A DNA stretch of 64,000 bases from Burkholderiales bacterium. Lineage in GTDB: Bacteria > Pseudomonadota > Gammaproteobacteria > Burkholderiales > Thiobacillaceae. The translations under genes were made by a program, and so were the position numbers. This document shows positions 59,155 to 64,000 of the stretch, piece by piece; positions within the stretch are counted from its first letter, which is position 1; each line of letters begins with the position of its first letter. The stretch lies in the NCBI GenBank assembly GCA_038215555.1, contig JBBQQT010000001.1, positions 1,843 through 65,842 on the forward strand. Direction: 5' to 3'. The notes below the pieces were generated by a model. The model was given only the letters and a program-made list of their open reading frames with translations. It was not told the origin of the DNA and searched no databases.

Positions 59155-60699
59155 TTACTTGAAATCGACGAGGGGGTGCCCCGTCATCTCCATTGGCTGC
59201 GGTAATCCCATCAACTTGAGCATGGTCGGCGCAATGTCTTCCAGGGCGCCGCTGTGTTTCATGCGGGCTGAACGGCCGATGTACAGGAAGGGAACCAGGT
59301 TCGTGGTATGCGCGGTATGGGGTTGGTTGGTGGTGGTGTCGAGCATGGTTTCCGCATTGCCATGATCGGCGGTAATCAACACTTCTCCGCCAATGCCTTG
59401 CATGGCCTTTACCGCCCGCACGAGGCAGGTATCAACGGCTTCGACTGCTTTCACCGCCGCTTCCAGCATGCCGGTATGGCCGACCATGTCGCAGTTCGCG
59501 TAGTTGCAGATGATGGCGTCGTATTTGCGTAGTTTGATCGCTTCGACCAGTTTTTCGGTCAGCTCGAACGCATTCATCTCCGGCTTGAGGTCGTAGGTTG
59601 CCACGTTGGGTGACTTCACCATGATGCGATCTTCACCGCGATAAACAGTTTCTTCGCCGCCGTTGAAGAAATAAGTCACATGCGGGTATTTCTCGGTCTC
59701 GGCGATGCGCAGCTGGCGCAAGCCCAGGTTGGCGATGTACTCGCCAAAACCATTCCGCACGCGCTCCGGCGGGAAAGCGACGGGGACATCGAACTCCTCG
59801 CTGTAGCCGGTCAAGGTGCAATAGCTGGACAGTTTGGGCACGAAATCCCGCTCGAATTCTTTGAACCCCGGGGTGATGAATGCCTTGGTCATTTCACGCG
59901 CCCGGTCGGAACGGAAGTTCATGAAAATGATGGCATCGCCATCCTGCATGCGAACCGGTTCGCCGCCGGGTTGAACGATCGCGGTCGGTTTGACGAATTC
60001 GTCGTTCTCGCCGCGCGCGTAAGCCATTTCCAGGCCGAATCCGGCGCTGGGCGCCTGGTATTCCGCCCGCCCCAAGGTCAGCAGATCGAAGGCAATCTTG
60101 ACCCGGTCCCAGCGCTTGTCGCGGTCCATGGCGTAATAGCGGCCGACGATGCTGGCGATGCGACCGCCGCGCAAGCCGTCCATTTTGTCCTGCAGGCAGC
60201 GAATGTAAGCCTCGGCACTTTTCGGCGGTGTGTCGCGGCCATCCAGGAAAGCATGAACATAGACTTTGTTTAATCCGCGTTGCAAGGCCAGGTCGAGCAT
60301 GGCGTGGATATGGTTTTCGTGACTGTGCACGCCGCCATCCGACAACAGGCCGAAAATGTGCAACGCACCGCCATTGTCTTTCAGCTTGTTGATGACTTCA
60401 TTCAGCGCCAGGTTGACGGAGAAATGACCGTTGCGAATGGCGTGGTCGATGCGCGTGTATTCCTGATAAACCACCCGACCGGCACCGATGTTGAGGTGGC
60501 CGACTTCAGAATTGCCCATCTGGCCGGCCGGCAAACCGACCGCAGCTTCCGAAGCCTGGATCAGGGTATGCGGATAGTCGTGCCAGAGCTGATCGAAATT
60601 CGGTTTCGCGGCACAGGTGATGGCATTGTTGGCGTCGGCAATGCGGCAGCCAAAACCATCTAGGATAAGAAGAAGAACGGGTTTGGCGGCGATAGACAT
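59155..60699 (-). CDS. gpmI: 2,3-bisphosphoglycerate-independent phosphoglycerate mutase
   Basis: LLILDGFG, GNSEVGHLNIGAGR, ITADHGNAE. Confidence 0.95.
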   Translation of the reverse strand: MSIAAKPVLLLILDGFGCRIADANNAITCAAKPNFDQLWHDYPHTLIQASEAAVGLPAGQMGNSEVGHLNIGAGRVVYQEYTRIDHAIRNGHFSVNLALNEVINKLKDNGGALHIFGLLSDGGVHSHENHIHAMLDLALQRGLNKVYVHAFLDGRDTPPKSAEAYIRCLQDKMDGLRGGRIASIVGRYYAMDRDKRWDRVKIAFDLLTLGRAEYQAPSAGFGLEMAYARGENDEFVKPTAIVQPGGEPVRMQDGDAIIFMNFRSDRAREMTKAFITPGFKEFERDFVPKLSSYCTLTGYSEEFDVPVAFPPERVRNGFGEYIANLGLRQLRIAETEKYPHVTYFFNGGEETVYRGEDRIMVKSPNVATYDLKPEMNAFELTEKLVEAIKLRKYDAIICNYANCDMVGHTGMLEAAVKAVEAVDTCLVRAVKAMQGIGGEVLITADHGNAETMLDTTTNQPHTAHTTNLVPFLYIGRSARMKHSGALEDIAPTMLKLMGLPQPMEMTGHPLVDFK

Positions 60700-60831
60700 G
60701 AGCAGATTTTATCGTATTTAAGGGGCTTTTTTTGGCGCGGTATTTTAGTATATTTGAATACTTTAGCGGATATACTGCTCAGCCAAGTAAGGCTATGCAT
60801 GTAAGTTTTCGAGCATTTATAAAACACTGTC

Positions 60832-61194
60832 GTGACCACTATGCCATTACCAAAATTTGCCAGTTCGGAACCTGCGTTGGTTTCCGAGTTCACGGATCTG
60901 ATCGACAAGGATGAGCACATTGAGCAAGCCTCGCGCGCGCTCAAGGCAATGTCGCATCCACTGCGTCTCAAGATATTGTGTGTGCTGGGCGACAAAGAAG
61001 TCAGCGTGCAAGACATCGTTGAAAACGTGGGTACGTCGCAAAGCAATATTTCGCAACACCTGGCAATTCTGCGCGACAAGGGCGTTTTGCGCACGCGCAA
61101 GGATGCCAACCGGGTTTACTACCGGGTCGGCGATACGCGTACCTTGCAATTGATCAGCATGATGCGAGATGTCTTCTGCGGCTTTGCAAAATAG
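60832..61194 (+). CDS. ArsR/SmtB-family transcriptional regulator with a BigR/SqrR-like two-cysteine arrangement
   Basis: wHTH SHPLRLKILCVLGDKEVSVQDIVENVGTSQSNISQHLAILRDKGVL. The only Cys residues are C50 and C116, 66 residues apart. Confidence 0.8.
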   Translation: MTTMPLPKFASSEPALVSEFTDLIDKDEHIEQASRALKAMSHPLRLKILCVLGDKEVSVQDIVENVGTSQSNISQHLAILRDKGVLRTRKDANRVYYRVGDTRTLQLISMMRDVFCGFAK

Positions 61195-61236
61195 CCACAA
61201 GTTCAATTTATGCTTTTATAGAAATAACTGATCGTG

Positions 61237-61258
61237 TATATTAGACGGGTCTAATATA
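61237..61258. promoter_or_regulatory. Perfect 10-2-10 inverted repeat TATATTAGAC-GG-GTCTAATATA (candidate operator), followed by the hairpin ATCCCGCG-N13-CGCGGGAT (61258-61286)
   Basis: Read directly, between the arsR-like gene and the OMF gene. Confidence 0.45.
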
Positions 61259-61309
61259 TCCCGCGCTTCCAGTCTGAACGCGGGATCAGCGTCCACCTGG
61301 AGCGTTGCC

Positions 61310-62695
61310 ATGAAAAGTCTATTTTTAGGCCAGCTGATGCTGGCAGCGGTTGTTGTTTTAGCCAGTTCCGCCGCAACGGCGGAAAAACTGGAATACAAAC
61401 AGTGCGTCGCCATTGCGCTGGCACAAAACCCTGAACTGGCGATCAGCCGGGCGCAGATCGAACAGGCCGAGGCGGCGGTTCGGCAAGCCGCAGGCAAACG
61501 ACTGCCGCAGGTCAATCTGTCGCTGACAGCAACGCGCAGCAATGATGCGTTGAATGCGTTCGGCATGAAGCTGGGGCAGCGTGGTGCGACATTCGGGGAT
61601 TTCGGGGCGGGGGAATTTAATCCTGCCAATCTGAATGTTCTTGCGGTTACTCCGCGCGATCTGAACCACCCCAGCGCCGTCAATAACTTCAACACCCGCA
61701 TCGAACTGTTGGTGCCTGTTTACAACGGCGGCATGGTGAAAAGCTATATCGATACCGCCAAGGCTTATGTGCGGGCGGCGCAGTCGGGTGACGAGGTGGC
61801 TCGCCAGCAACTCGCCAAGCATGTGCTGATGGCCTATCAGGGCGTGCACACCGCGCGCGCCTACATCAAGCTGGCCGAAGAGGCGCGCGCTGCTGCCGAG
61901 GAATACGTCCGCATCAGCGACAAGTTGCACAAGCAGGGCATGGCGGTGAAAAGCGATGTGTTGTCGGCCAAGGTCAATCTGGAAGAGGTCAAGATCAAGG
62001 GCCTCGAAGCGAAGAATGCCGAAGCCGCCGCGCTGAATCAATTAGCTTTGTTGATGGGCAAATCGCTGGATGATCCGCTCGATGTCGGCGCCCCGATGAC
62101 ACCCGAGATGCTCGCCGGCAGCCCGGCTGATCTGCGTGCCCAGGCGTTGAATGAACATGCCGGCTTGCGCGCGTTGCGGAACCAGGTCGAAGGTGCCGGG
62201 GCGCAGGTTGGCGCTGCGCGTGCGGGCAAGAAGCCGCAATTCAATGTGATGCTGCGGCAAGACTGGAATGATGCAAACCTCGGCCTGGATGCTGCATCCT
62301 ATACCGTTGCCGGCGTCCTCTCCTGGTCGGCTTTCGATGGCGGCGTCAACAATGCCAATATCGATCGGGCTGCCGCGCAGCGCTCCGAGCTGGTGGCCAA
62401 ATTGCGCCAGGCGGAAGAAGGGGTCGGCTATCAGGTCACCGATGCCCGGCGCAAGGCATTGGAAGCGGAAGAAAAAATCGTTGCCCGCGCGGCCGGCGTC
62501 GAGCAGGCGATGGAAGCGCAGCGGCTGGTCAAGAAACGCTATGAAAACAGCATGGCCACGTTGATCGAATTGCTTGGCGCCCAGGCGCAATTCGACAAAG
62601 CCAATGCCGACCTGGTCGCCGCTCGTTATGAACTCGCTGTCAACCGCGCTGAGTTGAAGCGCTCGGTTGGCGTGCTCACTGCTGATTCTCTTTAA
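61310..62695 (+). CDS. Efflux outer-membrane factor (TolC family)
   Basis: Signal peptide and two OEP repeats, 461 aa. Confidence 0.85.
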   Translation: MKSLFLGQLMLAAVVVLASSAATAEKLEYKQCVAIALAQNPELAISRAQIEQAEAAVRQAAGKRLPQVNLSLTATRSNDALNAFGMKLGQRGATFGDFGAGEFNPANLNVLAVTPRDLNHPSAVNNFNTRIELLVPVYNGGMVKSYIDTAKAYVRAAQSGDEVARQQLAKHVLMAYQGVHTARAYIKLAEEARAAAEEYVRISDKLHKQGMAVKSDVLSAKVNLEEVKIKGLEAKNAEAAALNQLALLMGKSLDDPLDVGAPMTPEMLAGSPADLRAQALNEHAGLRALRNQVEGAGAQVGAARAGKKPQFNVMLRQDWNDANLGLDAASYTVAGVLSWSAFDGGVNNANIDRAAAQRSELVAKLRQAEEGVGYQVTDARRKALEAEEKIVARAAGVEQAMEAQRLVKKRYENSMATLIELLGAQAQFDKANADLVAARYELAVNRAELKRSVGVLTADSL

Positions 62696-62708
62696 AAAGG
62701 AGCCCGAC

Positions 62709-63788
62709 ATGTCCAAAGTCGCTCTCAATCGTTTTCTCGTTGCCCCGCTGGTGATTGCCTTGTCATTGTCATTGGTGGCCTGTTCCGAGCCCGAACCGGC
62801 CAAGACCGCGCAAGCTGCACAACGCAGCGTACAGGCGCAGATCAGCCAGATTCATCTGGCGGAAGTGGCCGCCACCACGGCGACCACCGGCAGTGTCGTA
62901 GCACTGGAGTCGGTGCGTGTGGCTTCCCGTCTGATGGGCTACATCAAGGACATCGCGGTGGCTGAAGGCCAGGCAGTGAAAGCCGGGCAGCGTTTGTTCA
63001 CGATCGACCCGCTCGATATCGAAGGCGCGGTTGAACAAGCGCGGCTTGGCTTGCGGCAGGCGGAAGACGCAATGAAAGATGCCAAGGCGGATTTCGAACG
63101 CTTCGAGAATCTTTACAAGGATGAAGTCGTCAGCCGCCAGCAATTCGAGAAGATGAAGCTCAACTACGACATGGCTGTGTCGCGCTCGGCGCAGGCCAAG
63201 GCGGGTCTGGGAACGGCGCAGGGACAAATGCGCTATGCCACGGTGACTTCGCCGATCAATGGCGTGGTGACCCAGAAACTGGCCAACCAGGGCGATATCG
63301 CCGCGCCCGGCCATCCGGTGCTGATGGTGGAAAACCCGGCCAGGCTGCAAGTTCAGACTGCCGTTTCGGAATCCTTGTACAAGAGCATCCGGATCGGCCA
63401 GGCCGTGATGGTGGAAATCGACGGACAGGAGAAAACGGTGGCCGGCAAGGTGGCTAATCTGTCGCCGGCGGCCGATCCGATGACCCACACTTACACCATC
63501 AAGCTGGATGTCGCCGCGCCCGGGCTGAAGAGCGGCGCTTTCGCGCGCGTGTTGTTCCCGATTGGCGCGCGCAGCATTCTGGCGTTGCCGGTGGAAGCCG
63601 TGCTGGAGCGCGCCGGCATTGCCGGCGTGTTCGTGGTCGATGCGCAGAATGTGGCGCAGTACCGCATGGTGCGCACCGGCCGGGCGGTGGATGGGCGAGT
63701 CGAAGTGCTGTCCGGGCTGAATCCGGGCGAACGCGTGGTCACCGGCAATGCGCAGGCGGTGAACAACGGCGACAAGGTCACGGGTTAA
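62709..63788 (+). CDS. Efflux RND periplasmic adaptor (MFP) lipoprotein
   Basis: Lipobox LVAC, GYIKDIAVAEGQAVKAGQRLFTIDP, coiled-coil hairpin, VTSPINGVV. Confidence 0.85.
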   Translation: MSKVALNRFLVAPLVIALSLSLVACSEPEPAKTAQAAQRSVQAQISQIHLAEVAATTATTGSVVALESVRVASRLMGYIKDIAVAEGQAVKAGQRLFTIDPLDIEGAVEQARLGLRQAEDAMKDAKADFERFENLYKDEVVSRQQFEKMKLNYDMAVSRSAQAKAGLGTAQGQMRYATVTSPINGVVTQKLANQGDIAAPGHPVLMVENPARLQVQTAVSESLYKSIRIGQAVMVEIDGQEKTVAGKVANLSPAADPMTHTYTIKLDVAAPGLKSGAFARVLFPIGARSILALPVEAVLERAGIAGVFVVDAQNVAQYRMVRTGRAVDGRVEVLSGLNPGERVVTGNAQAVNNGDKVTG

Positions 63789-63811
63789 GTGTTTTCAAGG
63801 GATAACAGACC

Positions 63812-64000
63812 ATGAGCGCGCACGATACCGATACACCGATGAACCTCGCGGGCAAACTCGCCAAGGGTTTTCTGACTTCCAAGCTCACCGCGTTGTTTAT
63901 TCTGGCGGTGACACTGACCGGCCTGCTGGCGCTGGTGGTGACACCGCGCGAATACAACCCGCAGATCGTTGTGCCGGCGGCCAACATCATCGTCGCCAAG
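63812..64000 (+). CDS. Efflux RND transporter permease subunit (N-terminal fragment, runs off the window)
   Basis: ATG at 63812, open to the end. ...LTALFILAVTLTGLLALVVTPREYNPQIVVPAANIIV is a typical RND TM1/periplasmic entry. Confidence 0.75.
   Translation, partial: MSAHDTDTPMNLAGKLAKGFLTSKLTALFILAVTLTGLLALVVTPREYNPQIVVPAANIIVAK

Overview
This is a high-GC chromosomal segment whose gene content and synteny look betaproteobacterial; that taxonomic call is an inference. All calls come from reading the ORF translations and the DNA by eye. No database search was run, and small motif coordinates were hand-indexed (+/-1-2 nt). Most of the window is core genome.

Gene content in order:
- argS.
- A ~12-kb minus-strand nitrogen-scavenging operon (NitT/TauT-type ABC transporter, creatininase remnant, GS-like ligase, NikR-like regulator, two DUF1989 proteins, urea/guanidine carboxylase, allophanate hydrolase) behind a sigma-54 promoter.
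- porin-glnK-amtB behind a second sigma-54 promoter.
- ubiK, mutT/thiE-like fusion, phoU.
- A copper module (OprC-like TonB receptor + PCuAC) divergent from regBA.
- hslV without hslU, a STAS protein, argB.
- A three-gene DUF692 (MNIO)/DUF2063 RiPP cluster.
- gltBD.
- A flagellar block: flhB-flhA-flhF-(degenerate flhG)-fliA-motAB, plus a convergent PilZ protein.
- A periplasmic thioredoxin/TolC/HlyD cluster.
- tRNA(CAT)-miaB-phoH-ybeY-corC, then ygfZ, moeB, and ctpA-envC-gpmI.
- An ArsR-family regulator followed by an OMF-MFP-RND efflux operon that runs off the window edge.

No transposase, integrase, prophage, CRISPR or recognisable phage-defence genes were seen.

Best candidate for a special system: the RiPP cluster at 27.9-30.1 kb. 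Its secreted precursor carries six near-identical EGKCGEGKCGG units (12 Cys).

Secondary leads:
- Palindromic repeat elements inserted in-frame in the carboxylase gene.
- A NikR-like regulator with altered metal ligands inside a nickel-independent urea/guanidine pathway.
- A RegA/RegR-box palindrome and a leader terminator in front of the copper receptor gene.
- An FlhG homologue without a P-loop.
- 11-bp-periodic direct repeats upstream of the thioredoxin/TolC cluster.
- A BigR/SqrR-like two-Cys ArsR regulator next to an RND pump.
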